Shown here piece after piece: positions 40,733 through 50,216 of a stretch of 63,423 nucleotides of DNA. Both the position numbers and the translations under genes were made by a program. Source of the DNA: Longimicrobiales bacterium. Lineage in GTDB: Bacteria > Gemmatimonadota > Gemmatimonadetes > Longimicrobiales > Gaopeijiaceae. Each line of letters opens with the position of its first letter. The stretch's first letter is position 1. Below the pieces are notes generated by a model. The model worked only from the letters and a program-made list of their open reading frames with translations, was not told the origin of the DNA and searched no databases. The DNA is taken from contig CBDANQ010000020.1 of assembly GCA_965197725.1 (NCBI GenBank), positions 1 to 63,423 of the forward strand, read 5' to 3'.

Positions 40733-42189
40733 GAAGCTGACCCAGCCGTAGTTGAAGGTCCCTGAAGAGGGAAAAGAAAAGTGGTGGCTCCGAGGGTGCC
40801 CGATCCGATAGGATCGGGTGCGCTAAAAACCCAAAAACGGAGCCACCACGATGAAGAGAACGTACGAAGTAGCGAGTGACACGGACAGGCGTGCGATGGC
40901 TGAGTTCGTGAAGCGAGAAGGCCAGTTCCTGCTGCCGATGGTCGAGCTCGTAGAGCACACGGAGCTCGCGATCGACGAAGTCGTCCAGGTGATGGGCCGA
41001 GCGACGATCGAGGCGGTACTCGAGATGAGCGCCGAAGGTGTGGCGGGCCCGAAGCAATCGGGCAAGGCACGCGAGGAGGGGGCGACGGTCTGGTACGGCC
41101 GCCAGGGCGGTCAGGTCTACCTGTCGGACCGAAAGGTCCGTATCCAGCGGCCTCGGCTGCGTGAGCGGACTGGCGGCCAGGGCGGCGAGGTCGAGGTGCC
41201 AGCGTACGAGGCGATGCGCAGGCCGGGCGCCATGGCGGACCGAATGTTGGAGATCCTGATGGCAGGTGTGAGCACCCGGAAATACGGCCAGGTGATCGGC
41301 GAGATGGCCGACACGGTGGGGGTGAGCAAGTCGTCGGTGAGCCGCGAGACGATCGAAGCGTCGGAGCGCGTGCTGAAGGAGCTGATGGAGCGGCGGCTGG
41401 ACGCATGGGATCTGTTGGTGATCTACCTGGACGGTATCCAACTCGGTGCGCACCATGTACTTGCGGCTGTGGGCGTGGACACGGACGGCAAGAAGCACGT
41501 GCTGGGGATGCGGCAGGGAGCGAGTGAGAACACCGAAGTGACGACGGCCCTGCTGCAGGATCTGGTCGAGCGGGGTCTGGACCCCGAGCGTCGACGCCTG
41601 TTCGTGATCGATGGCTCGAAGGCGTTACGGAAGGCGATTGTTCAGGTGTTCGGCGCGGGCCACTCGGTCCAGAGATGCCGAAATCACAAGCTCAGAAACG
41701 TGCTCGCTCACCTACCGAAGGATCAGCACCCGCAGGTGAAGGCCGCGATCCGCGCAGCATGGAAGCTCGATGCGAGGGACGGCGTGCAGAAACTCGAGCA
41801 GCTCGCGCGGTGGCTTGAACGAGATCAGCCGTCGGCCGCAGCGAGCCTGAGGGAGGGGCTGGGTGAGATGTTCACAATCAACCGGCTTGGGCTACCGCCT
41901 CGGCTGAGGAAGTGCCTCGGCACCACGAACCTGATCGACAGCACCCACGCAGGCGTGAGGCAGAAGACCTATAGGGTGACGAACTGGAAGAACGGAGCGA
42001 TGGCACTGAGATGGGCCGCTGCCTCCTTCGTCGAGACCGAGAAGAACTACCGACGCATCGTCGGCTTCGACCAACTCTGGATGCTCAAAGCTCACCTCGA
42101 TGACCGCGAGCCGGTTGCCGAAATGAAGATGGCAGGTTAATCACGAAAGCCTCGGAGTCACCACCTTCAACTGAGCCGGGGACACCTTC
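40733..42189 (+). mobile_element. IS256-family insertion sequence, copy 2 (1457 bp)
   Basis: 8-bp TSD GCTTGATT at 40725-40732 and 42190-42197; IRs like those of copy 1. Confidence 0.95.
40851..42140 (+). CDS. IS256-family transposase
   Basis: 429 aa, colinear with the 25497..26786 transposase. Confidence 0.95.
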   Translation: MKRTYEVASDTDRRAMAEFVKREGQFLLPMVELVEHTELAIDEVVQVMGRATIEAVLEMSAEGVAGPKQSGKAREEGATVWYGRQGGQVYLSDRKVRIQRPRLRERTGGQGGEVEVPAYEAMRRPGAMADRMLEILMAGVSTRKYGQVIGEMADTVGVSKSSVSRETIEASERVLKELMERRLDAWDLLVIYLDGIQLGAHHVLAAVGVDTDGKKHVLGMRQGASENTEVTTALLQDLVERGLDPERRRLFVIDGSKALRKAIVQVFGAGHSVQRCRNHKLRNVLAHLPKDQHPQVKAAIRAAWKLDARDGVQKLEQLARWLERDQPSAAASLREGLGEMFTINRLGLPPRLRKCLGTTNLIDSTHAGVRQKTYRVTNWKNGAMALRWAAASFVETEKNYRRIVGFDQLWMLKAHLDDREPVAEMKMAG

Positions 42190-42364
42190 GCTTGATTGGC
42201 TAACTTAAGCCCCGAAGGAATCCGACAGGCCGTCCGCCGATGAGCCTGTGATCCGGGCCAACCCCGTAGCGATGTGCTGCTGGTTCAGCCCACCCTTTCG
42301 CCTCATGAGCGATCGAGCCTTAAGTTGTCCCAACAGTGTGCAGTACAACACGGAGAGGCGTGCC

Positions 42365-42766
42365 ATGAGGTCCGTGACGCGACTGGCTGGGGCTTTCGCG
42401 GTGCTGGTAATAGCAGGGTGCGGCGGCAGCCAGCTCTTGTACTGGGATGATGCGAACCTACAAAGGATCTCTCCCGGATGGAGCCGACAGCAGTTTTTGG
42501 GCCAATGGGCCAACCCCGACCCCAACGCCCAGGTCGTGCAGCCGGTCCTACGGGCAGCGAAGAACGACCAGGGCAAGGTCACCGAGGTGTTTACGCTGGA
42601 CATGAGGGACCAGATGAGGGACCAGAATAGGCAAGCGACGACGTACTGGTTCGTTTTCGAGGGCGGCGTCCTACGACAATGGGGACGCCCTGGGGACTGG
42701 GCGCAGGTGGCTGCGACCTATGACATCAACTTCAATCCTTTCCAGACCGTCAGAACCCCGTTCTAA
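42365..42766 (+). CDS. Small lipoprotein (DUF3192/BamE-like)
   Basis: RBS GGAGAGG, lipobox IAGC, YWFVFEGGVLRQWG. Confidence 0.65.
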   Translation: MRSVTRLAGAFAVLVIAGCGGSQLLYWDDANLQRISPGWSRQQFLGQWANPDPNAQVVQPVLRAAKNDQGKVTEVFTLDMRDQMRDQNRQATTYWFVFEGGVLRQWGRPGDWAQVAATYDINFNPFQTVRTPF

Positions 42767-42910
42767 CTACGGGAGCGCCGGAGCCGCCGCGCTAGGCGAG
42801 GTTAGGCCACCTCGTCCTCTCGACCATCCACCAGACCGACTGTACCGCAGAGCCCCAGCGCGCTGCTCGAGTCCTGTCGCCGGAGTTGAAGCGACTCGTA
42901 CGCGAGCTAT

Positions 42911-42935
42911 GCCCTCCCGGCCTCGCCGGGAGGGC
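42911..42935 (+). terminator. 11-bp perfect hairpin downstream of the att repeat
   Basis: GCCCTCCCGGC-CTC-GCCGGGAGGGC; no U-tract. Confidence 0.45.
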
Positions 42936-43400
42936 GGAAACGCAAGCCGCCCGAAGGGGCGCCGCCCGCATGAGGCCCACCTGCTGCTTGAGAGGAGGGC
43001 TTTACTCGTGGGAGCCGAGCCTGTAACCACCCGGCTTGTTTGGGAGCGCGATGCGACGCACGGCAGCAGAAGAATTCGTGCGACGATCAACGAGGTGGGA
43101 CACCTCGAGGAGCGACCCCATACGGACGGTCCTTTCACCGCTGCGGTTCGGGACCGTTTTCACGGCGCTTGGTGAACCCATCAGGCGGACATTGCAACCG
43201 TAGGCCCGCCACATCAGATCCTCTCCATGTTTCAGGTACGCTCGGAGGATCGCTCCAGACCGCGGTCCGTGCCGTACGCACTTCGACGTAGTGCGTACGC
43301 ATGATTACGTAGAGCTACCGGTGGGCCTACATAGGTGTAGAACCGCGGCCCGAGGTCCATGGGGGGCTGCGTGCTGTTTAAGTGTCAGTCCGACCGCGTG

Positions 43401-44135
43401 TTACGACAGTCTCTGCGCGATCCACACGGTCCTGAAGATCGCAGTGCCCAGAGTGCCAATCGTGATGAGGCCCAGGACCCCGAGGAGCAGCGTGCCGGAG
43501 TGCCACGCCATCAACAGCGTCGCCGTGGGGTCGAACAGCGCGGCGAATCCGACGAGGAGCAGCCGTTCCGCTCGCTGCATGATGCCTAGTTTGCACAGGA
43601 CGCCCACGCTCTCGCCGCGCGCCCGCGTATAACTGACCAGCAGCGAGCCGCCCAAAGCCGTCACGACCAGCGTCAGCGCCAAGGCCGACTCCCGGAAGAG
43701 CACGGCCAGTCCGACGAAGGCGCCGACTTCGGCAAAACGATCGAGAGTGGAATCAAGGAAGGCTCCGCGCTCGTTCGCCATGTCACGCGCCCGCGCGATG
43801 CGTCCGTCGAACACATCTGCCGCCCCCCCGAGCAGCACGCCCCAACCGCCGAGGGTCACGTGACCCGTCGCGAACGCGACGCCGGCCCCGATCCCTAACG
43901 CGACCCCGAGCACGTTGAAGAACGTGGGCGAGATCTTCAGGGCGAGGGAGAGCCGCACCAGGGGCCCGATGAACCAATAGAACCAGCTGCGCACGAAGTC
44001 CCCGAGCACGAAGCTGCCGCGATCAACCACTTCCTCCGGATCCGCGGTGGTGCGGGCGGCGCTCAACGCGTACACCGGCATCGTGGCAAGCGCGAGCCCG
44101 AGCACACCGAGCAGGACGGCGAGGTCCGGCGTCAC
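43401..44135 (-). CDS. CDP-alcohol phosphatidyltransferase (PIP-synthase-like)
   Basis: DVFDGRIAR...GAFLDSTLDR; SLLVSYTRARGES...GIMQRAER. Confidence 0.9.
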   Translation of the reverse strand: MTPDLAVLLGVLGLALATMPVYALSAARTTADPEEVVDRGSFVLGDFVRSWFYWFIGPLVRLSLALKISPTFFNVLGVALGIGAGVAFATGHVTLGGWGVLLGGAADVFDGRIARARDMANERGAFLDSTLDRFAEVGAFVGLAVLFRESALALTLVVTALGGSLLVSYTRARGESVGVLCKLGIMQRAERLLLVGFAALFDPTATLLMAWHSGTLLLGVLGLITIGTLGTAIFRTVWIAQRLS

Positions 44136-45106
44136 CGGGAGACCTCTTTCGGCGGTCGAGTCAACAACACCTTGATCGCCCGCGGCCACAAGAAGATGAG
44201 TGGAAGTCGTCTCTCAAGTCGGGTGAGCTCGATGCGCTCACCGCGATGCCGCTCCACCTTGCGGACGACGTAGGGGAGCCAGTTGGCGAAGGTCGCCATG
44301 TGCTTGAACCATCTGACAGTTGCTCGGACCTTGGACTTCCGAAAGTGCCGACGCCACTTCCGCCGCAATGCCGCCGACGCTGGCCGGGCCAACTCGTAGG
44401 TAGTGAGCGCCCCCGGGTGGTCCCCCTCGGTGCCGATGCGCTCGACGAGCACGCCCTGCTTCACGCCGCGTGCCAGCACAGAGCCGAAGTGCTCTCGAAA
44501 GTGATCGGCCTGGCCTTCGAAGATCCGGGCCGCGCGCTGTCCAGACTCGGGCCGTAGCTCGCCCCGATAGCACACTTCCAGCATGCGTCGGCCCAGTCCC
44601 TCCGCATCGAGCGGCGCGTCGAGGTACGGCTCCAGCCATTCCAGAACCCGGTCACGGGCCGAAGCCAACAGCTGCTCGACCCACTCGGCGTCGTTTGGGG
44701 TCGCGCTGTAGACCGGACCGACCTTCTGAACCAGCCGGCCGAGCAGGAAGTGATCTGGAGGATTCGGCCCCAACCCCCGCTCCAGATGGGCGCGGCTCAC
44801 GATGATGCACTTGGCGATCCCGTTGCGGGCGTGCTCGGGGGCGAAGGCGATGGCGTTCGGTGGCAGGAACCCGGCCATCATCGAAAGCAGCCACGTGGGC
44901 CGGTGTAGTTCACCGGCGGCGTTGAGTGCGGCATAGAACCGCCGGTATTGGTCGACGATAACCACGAAATCGACCGCGCTGTGCCGGTCTGGATTCGCGC
45001 CCAACATGTGCGACCCATACAGCAGGATCGACCTGATGGAGCCGGCGCCAATCCCGACGAGAGCTTCGGCTAGCTCGCTGGCCGCCGAGGCTGACGCGCC
45101 CCTCAC
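44132..45106 (-). CDS. Tam41/Mmp37-like nucleotidyltransferase (putative phosphatidate cytidylyltransferase)
   Basis: LLYGS...DFVVIVD, KCIIVS, LLGRLVQKV, CYRGELRPE resemble Tam41 motifs; GTGA-coupled to both neighbours. Confidence 0.7.
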   Translation of the reverse strand: MRGASASAASELAEALVGIGAGSIRSILLYGSHMLGANPDRHSAVDFVVIVDQYRRFYAALNAAGELHRPTWLLSMMAGFLPPNAIAFAPEHARNGIAKCIIVSRAHLERGLGPNPPDHFLLGRLVQKVGPVYSATPNDAEWVEQLLASARDRVLEWLEPYLDAPLDAEGLGRRMLEVCYRGELRPESGQRAARIFEGQADHFREHFGSVLARGVKQGVLVERIGTEGDHPGALTTYELARPASAALRRKWRRHFRKSKVRATVRWFKHMATFANWLPYVVRKVERHRGERIELTRLERRLPLIFLWPRAIKVLLTRPPKEVSR

Positions 45107-45870
45107 GCGACCGAAGCCCCCCGCATCTCTGCGAGGTGATCGACCATCAACTGTCGGATCTCGCAGGTGAACGCCTCGTGGTCGGCCTTCGGATCCGACC
45201 AGTCGAACACGCCCAATAGCTCGATCCGTCCCTCGAGTCCGGCCATCCCGCCGAAGAAATCGAACAACCTCGGGTAACCCGAATAGCCGTCCACCACGAG
45301 AACATGAACCCGCCAAGGACGGGACCTCAGGATGAACCGTAGACCAGTCGTCATGAACGGACCGATCTCGCCGTCCCTGGTCCGAGTCCCTTCCGGAAAG
45401 ATCATCACCGGCACCTGCGAAGCGCCGGCCCTAGCTTGGAGATCCTTCAACATCCTGCGGGCTTCGCCGGCCTTTGCCGTGGGGTTCACCACCGGGTATT
45501 GATAGAGCTTGAGCAAGTGCGAGATTAGCGGGATCCACCGCGTATAGCGCCGGCGGGTTACGATGAGGGGATACCCGCCTTCAATGCACCGCACCACGAG
45601 TGGGATGTCCACGAGTGATTGGTGGTTCATCAAGATCAGAACCCCCGGCTCGCAGGGGATCTTCAGGGGTTCGGGGGTCGAAGCTCCGCCGATCCAGGTC
45701 ATCGGTTTCGTCACCATCAATGCCAGCCATTGAAGCCAAGCGGTAAGCACACGGTGGCGGTGGGAGGGAAAGAGCCAGCCCAAGGGAACGATCAAGAAAC
45801 GCTGGATCGGATCGCAGAGCAGGATGCCCATGCAGACGACGGTGATTGCGAGGTAGCCGCGGAGCTTCAA
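45103..45870 (-). CDS. plsC: Lysophospholipid acyltransferase (PlsC family)
   Basis: NHQSLVD and IFPEGTR motifs. Confidence 0.88.
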   Translation of the reverse strand: MKLRGYLAITVVCMGILLCDPIQRFLIVPLGWLFPSHRHRVLTAWLQWLALMVTKPMTWIGGASTPEPLKIPCEPGVLILMNHQSLVDIPLVVRCIEGGYPLIVTRRRYTRWIPLISHLLKLYQYPVVNPTAKAGEARRMLKDLQARAGASQVPVMIFPEGTRTRDGEIGPFMTTGLRFILRSRPWRVHVLVVDGYSGYPRLFDFFGGMAGLEGRIELLGVFDWSDPKADHEAFTCEIRQLMVDHLAEMRGASVA

Positions 45871-45975
45871 ACGAGACGCCTCTGAGAGCGCAGGACAAAG
45901 GACGATTCGCACGGACGTGCCATGGACGGCGAAGGCTAACCGATCGCGCCAACCAGCATCAAGACGAGCATCCAC

Positions 45976-46653
45976 GTGAGCGACACGGAATACACCTACT
46001 ACGGCTTCCGAAACTGCGTCGGAGCCTTCTTCGAGATGCCCACATCGGACGCCCGCAAGCTGCTGCCATCCCACCTCGAGCCGCTGGAGATGCAGCACGA
46101 ACGGAGTATCCTCGCGCTCACCTGCTTCGAGTTCACGGAAAGCGAAGTAGGGCATTACTTCGAGATCGTGCTCGCGGTGATCGTGCCGCCGATGGTGGAG
46201 CCCGGCAAGCCGCTGCCGAAGGCTGCGTTCTTCCCGTTCTGCGTCGGGACCTCGTCGGAAGCATCGCGCTTGCACGCGATCGAGCGCTGGCATCTGCCGC
46301 ACTACATGTCGGACCTGGACATCACGATGACAGAGTCCACCGATGCGATGGAGGTCACGGTCCGGGACGGCGACACCCCCGTACTCGACTTCACCGTCAC
46401 CAAACACGAGTACGCGCCGACCAAGAACCTCTACAACGCATTCACCGTGGAAGACGGCGCCGACAGTAAGTTCAAGGCGAACATCTACATGGAGGCGCCG
46501 CACTCGGAGCATGAGGAAGAGAACGGTTCGCTCACGCTCCACGAGCACCCGATGACCGAGGGGCTCACGATCGACGACGTGAACACCTACCCGTTCCGTG
46601 AGCAGTGGTACCAAGCAGGCATGCAGACCTTCGAGCCCCTGCTCGAGCTCTGA
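45976..46653 (+). CDS. Acetoacetate-decarboxylase-fold protein
   Basis: ARKLLPSHLEP, FEFTESEVGHYFE; ERWHLPH where ADC proteins carry WGxPK. Confidence 0.6.
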   Translation: MSDTEYTYYGFRNCVGAFFEMPTSDARKLLPSHLEPLEMQHERSILALTCFEFTESEVGHYFEIVLAVIVPPMVEPGKPLPKAAFFPFCVGTSSEASRLHAIERWHLPHYMSDLDITMTESTDAMEVTVRDGDTPVLDFTVTKHEYAPTKNLYNAFTVEDGADSKFKANIYMEAPHSEHEEENGSLTLHEHPMTEGLTIDDVNTYPFREQWYQAGMQTFEPLLEL

Positions 46654-46658
46654 GCGCC

Positions 46659-47600
46659 GTGCCGCGCCACTTCGTCATCTTCAATCCGGCGTCGGGCCGG
46701 GGGCGTGGCAGGCGGCGCATGGGAGTCTATCGGCAGTTGCTCGCCGAACAGCTCGACGATGTCACTTTCGCCGAGTCCGCAGGGCCGGGTGGAGAGGTCG
46801 CCCTCGCCGAACAGGCAGCAGCGGACGGGTACGATGTCGTCGTGGCAGTTGGTGGCGACGGCACGTTGAGCAATGTGGCGAACCGGCTCCTCGCGAAGGG
46901 ACGCGACGATCTCACGCTCGGGATCTTGCCGAACGGTACGGGTAACGACTTCGGCCGGAGCGTCGGCCTGAACCCGTCCGACGCGGGGGAGGCGGTCAGG
47001 ATCCTCGCGGCCGGCAACGTCGAGGTCGTCGACGTCGGGCGCGTCGAGACCGAAAGCGCCTCGGAACACGCGCCCGAGCACTGGGAGACGCGCTACTTCT
47101 TGAACCTGATCGGATTCGGCTTCGACATCGCGGTGATCGACGCGGCCACCGGCGCACGACTTCTCAAGGGTGAGCTGCTCTACAAGATCACAGCGCTGCA
47201 GCAACTCTTTCGCTTCCCGGGTCTCGAGCTGCGGCTGAAGAGCGAGGGCGGTGAAGAGCGCGACGGGCGATACCTGATGCTCACCGTATCGAACGCGCCG
47301 TTCTTCGGAGGCGGCTTCCCCATCGCACCGGAGGCGACTGTACAAGACGGACAGCTGCATGCGTGCCAGATCCTCGACGCACCTCCGCTTTCGCGCCTCT
47401 GGCTCTTCAACCTCGCCGAGCGCGGTCGACACGTGACCTCGGATCACGTAGAGGTGCTCGACGACAGCGGTTTTCGCATGGAGTTCTCCACCCCTCAGCG
47501 CTTCGAGGTAGACGGTGAAGTGCGGCGATCCGCCGGGCGCACGGTTGAGGCGCGTATTCTACCTGCCGCACTGAAGGTGATCGCGCCGAAGTCGACGTGA
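46659..47600 (+). CDS. Diacylglycerol kinase family lipid kinase
   Basis: NPASG, GGDGT, PNGTGNDF, GFD, FEVDGE. Confidence 0.92.
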   Translation: MPRHFVIFNPASGRGRGRRRMGVYRQLLAEQLDDVTFAESAGPGGEVALAEQAAADGYDVVVAVGGDGTLSNVANRLLAKGRDDLTLGILPNGTGNDFGRSVGLNPSDAGEAVRILAAGNVEVVDVGRVETESASEHAPEHWETRYFLNLIGFGFDIAVIDAATGARLLKGELLYKITALQQLFRFPGLELRLKSEGGEERDGRYLMLTVSNAPFFGGGFPIAPEATVQDGQLHACQILDAPPLSRLWLFNLAERGRHVTSDHVEVLDDSGFRMEFSTPQRFEVDGEVRRSAGRTVEARILPAALKVIAPKST

Positions 47601-47628
47601 CGGGTTGCCGATTGGAAGCGAATCCTGC

Positions 47629-47647
47629 TACTTTGTGACGCAGAGTA
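47629..47647. promoter_or_regulatory. Imperfect palindrome TACTTTG-N5-CAGAGTA
   Basis: Located directly upstream of the membrane protein / regulator / uppS unit. Confidence 0.5.
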
Positions 47648-47656
47648 CTTGCTCGT

Positions 47657-48301
47657 GTGCGAGCCGAGCCCCATGCTACATTCATGAACTTGCCCGCCCG
47701 AAAACTCAGTGATCCCGATCGGGGGCCTGCGGCTCTACACGATCGGGCGATGGACAATCTGCGTTTCATCCGCGAGACGATGCAGCGCTCAGCGTCCTTC
47801 ACCCACGTCTCGGGGATCGGTGGCGTGCTGATGGGCCTGATCGCGATCGCCGCCGCGCTGATCGCGTCCCGGGCCGCCGGTGCCACGGAGTGGGTAATGA
47901 CGTGGCTCGCGGCTGCGGTCAGTTCCCTTGCGGTCGCCACGCTCTTGATGGCGCGAAAGTCCGCTGCCGCCGGGGAGGGGCTGCTCACGGGCCCCGGCCG
48001 CAAATTCGCCTGGAACGTGATCCCGCCGTTGGCGGTCGGGGCGGTGCTCACCGTGGTATTCATCCGAGCCGCATTGCTCGACCAGCTGCCGGGAGCCTGG
48101 TTACTGCTCTATGGCACGGGCATCGTCACCGGTGGTTCGTACTCCGTTCGGCCTGTTCCGCTCATGGGTGCCGCGTTCATGGGTCTGGGAACCATCGCTT
48201 TCTTCGCCCCGCCCACGTGGGGGAACGCGTTCATGGCCGCCGGCTTCGGAGGCCTGCACATCTTGTTCGGTATCGTGATCTGGAGGAAACATGGCGGCTA
48301 G
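47657..48301 (+). CDS. Hypothetical multi-pass membrane protein
   Basis: AMDNLRFIRETM, WLLLYG, GFGGLHILFG. Confidence 0.8.
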   Translation: MRAEPHATFMNLPARKLSDPDRGPAALHDRAMDNLRFIRETMQRSASFTHVSGIGGVLMGLIAIAAALIASRAAGATEWVMTWLAAAVSSLAVATLLMARKSAAAGEGLLTGPGRKFAWNVIPPLAVGAVLTVVFIRAALLDQLPGAWLLLYGTGIVTGGSYSVRPVPLMGAAFMGLGTIAFFAPPTWGNAFMAAGFGGLHILFGIVIWRKHGG

Positions 48302-48677
48302 ACAGGGTGCACTGCCCAAGGACGGAACACGTCCGCGGTCTGCCTCGTTGGCCGGAGTCCACGGACGGCACGCGCAGGCTGAAGCGTTAGGGCTCGATAG
48401 GCTGATTCACGAGCGGGTCCGGCTCGGTATCGTGAGCGCGCTCGCGGTAAACGGCTCGCTCACGTTCACCGACCTCAAGGAGTTGCTCGGAGCCACGGAT
48501 GGCAACCTGAGCGCCCACGCTCGACGGCTCGAGGATGCCGGGTACGTGACGTGTGAAAAATCGTTCGAGGGCAGAATGCCGAGGACCGAGTACGCGTTGA
48601 CGGAAGTGGGTCGGCGCGAGCTGCAACACTACCTGGATCACATGGAGGCCATCATCCAGGCGACGCGCGATGCCTGA
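48291..48677 (+). CDS. Winged-helix transcriptional regulator (HTH_34-like)
   Basis: LIHERVRLGI, TDGNLSAH, PRTEYALT. Confidence 0.9.
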   Translation: MAARQGALPKDGTRPRSASLAGVHGRHAQAEALGLDRLIHERVRLGIVSALAVNGSLTFTDLKELLGATDGNLSAHARRLEDAGYVTCEKSFEGRMPRTEYALTEVGRRELQHYLDHMEAIIQATRDA

Positions 48678-48722
48678 CGACCTCATCGCGACGTCCCCCG
48701 TTTTTTTTCGGAGCGAGACTCC

Positions 48723-49451
48723 ATGACACAGAGTGCTCTTCGTACGGCCGACCGACACGGACTGCACGTGGCGATCATCATGGATGGGAACGGGCGGTGG
48801 GCCCGAGCGCGCGGACGCCGCCGCGAGTGGGGTCACCGCGAGGGCGCGAAGGCGGTCCGCCGCGTGGTCGAGGCATCACCCGGCCTCGGCATCGACGTGC
48901 TGACCCTGTACGCGTTTTCGTCCGACAACTGGCAGCGGCCAAAGCGGGAAGTCCGGCTGCTGATGAAGCTGTTCCGCCGATACTTGAAGACTGAGATCGC
49001 CGAACTGAAGGCCGAGGGCGTGCGCCTCCAGGTCATCGGCCGACGCGATCGCCTCGCGCCGGACCTGGTGCGGCTGATCGAGCAGTCGGAGAGAACCACC
49101 GCCATGGGTCGCCGACTTTCGCTACGACTAGCCGTGGACTACTCGAGCCGCGACCTGCTCGTGCGCGCCGTCCGCGCGGCAGCGGCCGGCACAGACCTCG
49201 ATCGTGCTTCGCTCTCTCTGTTGCTCGGCCAAGCGATGCACACCGAGGAGCCCGCACCGGATGTCGACCTCCTGATACGAACGGGCGGCGAGAAGCGGTT
49301 GAGCGACTTCCTCTTATGGGAGTCTGCGTACGCGGAGCTCGTATTCACTGACCGTATGTGGCCGGATTTCCAGGGCGACGCCCTTGCGCGGGCGGTATCC
49401 GAGTTCTCCATCCGCGACCGACGGTTCGGACGGGTCGCCGAGGCTAGTTGA
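48723..49451 (+). CDS. uppS: Di-trans,poly-cis-isoprenyl diphosphate synthase
   Basis: [39 protein letters not shown]. Confidence 0.93.
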   Translation: MTQSALRTADRHGLHVAIIMDGNGRWARARGRRREWGHREGAKAVRRVVEASPGLGIDVLTLYAFSSDNWQRPKREVRLLMKLFRRYLKTEIAELKAEGVRLQVIGRRDRLAPDLVRLIEQSERTTAMGRRLSLRLAVDYSSRDLLVRAVRAAAAGTDLDRASLSLLLGQAMHTEEPAPDVDLLIRTGGEKRLSDFLLWESAYAELVFTDRMWPDFQGDALARAVSEFSIRDRRFGRVAEAS

Positions 49452-50216
49452 GAAGCCCTAATCCTAAGTCCGACCGCCAGTTACGGACACCGAAACGCCG
49501 CCTGAAAGCCCGAGAGGGAGTCGTAGCCCGGCGAACAGGGGACTTAGCCACTGCGGAGCTGTGCCGCTCGGCTCCATGGGTCTGACCTAGAGAGACCGAC
49601 GCTCAGGCCTCTGGCGGAATCTGGACATCGAATTCTACGTCATCTCCGCAGTGGTGCTACGTCACCTTGCGTACGGCCTGAGGTGGCGGGATCCCGCAGA
49701 ATAGGGGTCAAAAGCAGGAAACCCGTGGAGATTCCCGCCAGATGTCCTTTCAAGTCCACCCTGCGCGCCGTCTGCTCCGGCACCTTCGCAGCAGTCGCCC
49801 TGGAAGCGAGCGAAGCGTTATGCCTCACGAAGACGGGACAGGATTGTATCAACCTGTTAGCGGCCTTCCAATATTGCACACATGTTGGAGTGAACCCCTG
49901 AGGGTGGACAACGAGAGTTGGTCGGATTGACCAGTCAGTGGCTTCAAGCTGCATGAATGCCCTCGAATTCCTCAGGCGGCATGTAGCCGAGCGAGGAGTG
50001 CAAGCGTCTTCGATTGTACACCTCCTCAAGGAAGTGGGGGAGTCGGTTGGCTACGTCATCAATCGTGCTGTAGTTGTTTGCCAAGATCTCCTCGTGCTTC
50101 AGGGTTTTGAAGAAGCTCTCAACATGGGCGTTGTCGTACGGATTACCCCGCCGGGACATCGATCCTCGGACACCGTGCTTGGCGAGACGTGAACGGTACG
50201 CTTGGGATGCGTACTG

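Larger units (their letters stand above)
40595..42888. mobile_element. Genomic islet at tRNA-Asn bounded by a 22-bp direct repeat
   Basis: TCGAGTCCTGTCGCCGGAGTTG at 40595-40616 and 42867-42888. Confidence 0.85.

Noticed and set aside
42936..43400. Intergenic stretch with hairpin GTACGCACT...AGTGCGTAC and weak ORFs
   Set aside because: No recognisable protein or RNA family.
45871..46614. Long N-terminal extension of the PlsC ORF
   Set aside because: It is the antisense of the ADC-fold gene; the real start is likely the TTG at 45870.
49452..49882. Possible tRNA or structured RNA between uppS and IS3
   Set aside because: Only short repeats (CTACGTCA twice, CTAAGTCC/GGACTTAG); no cloverleaf or recognisable RNA family.
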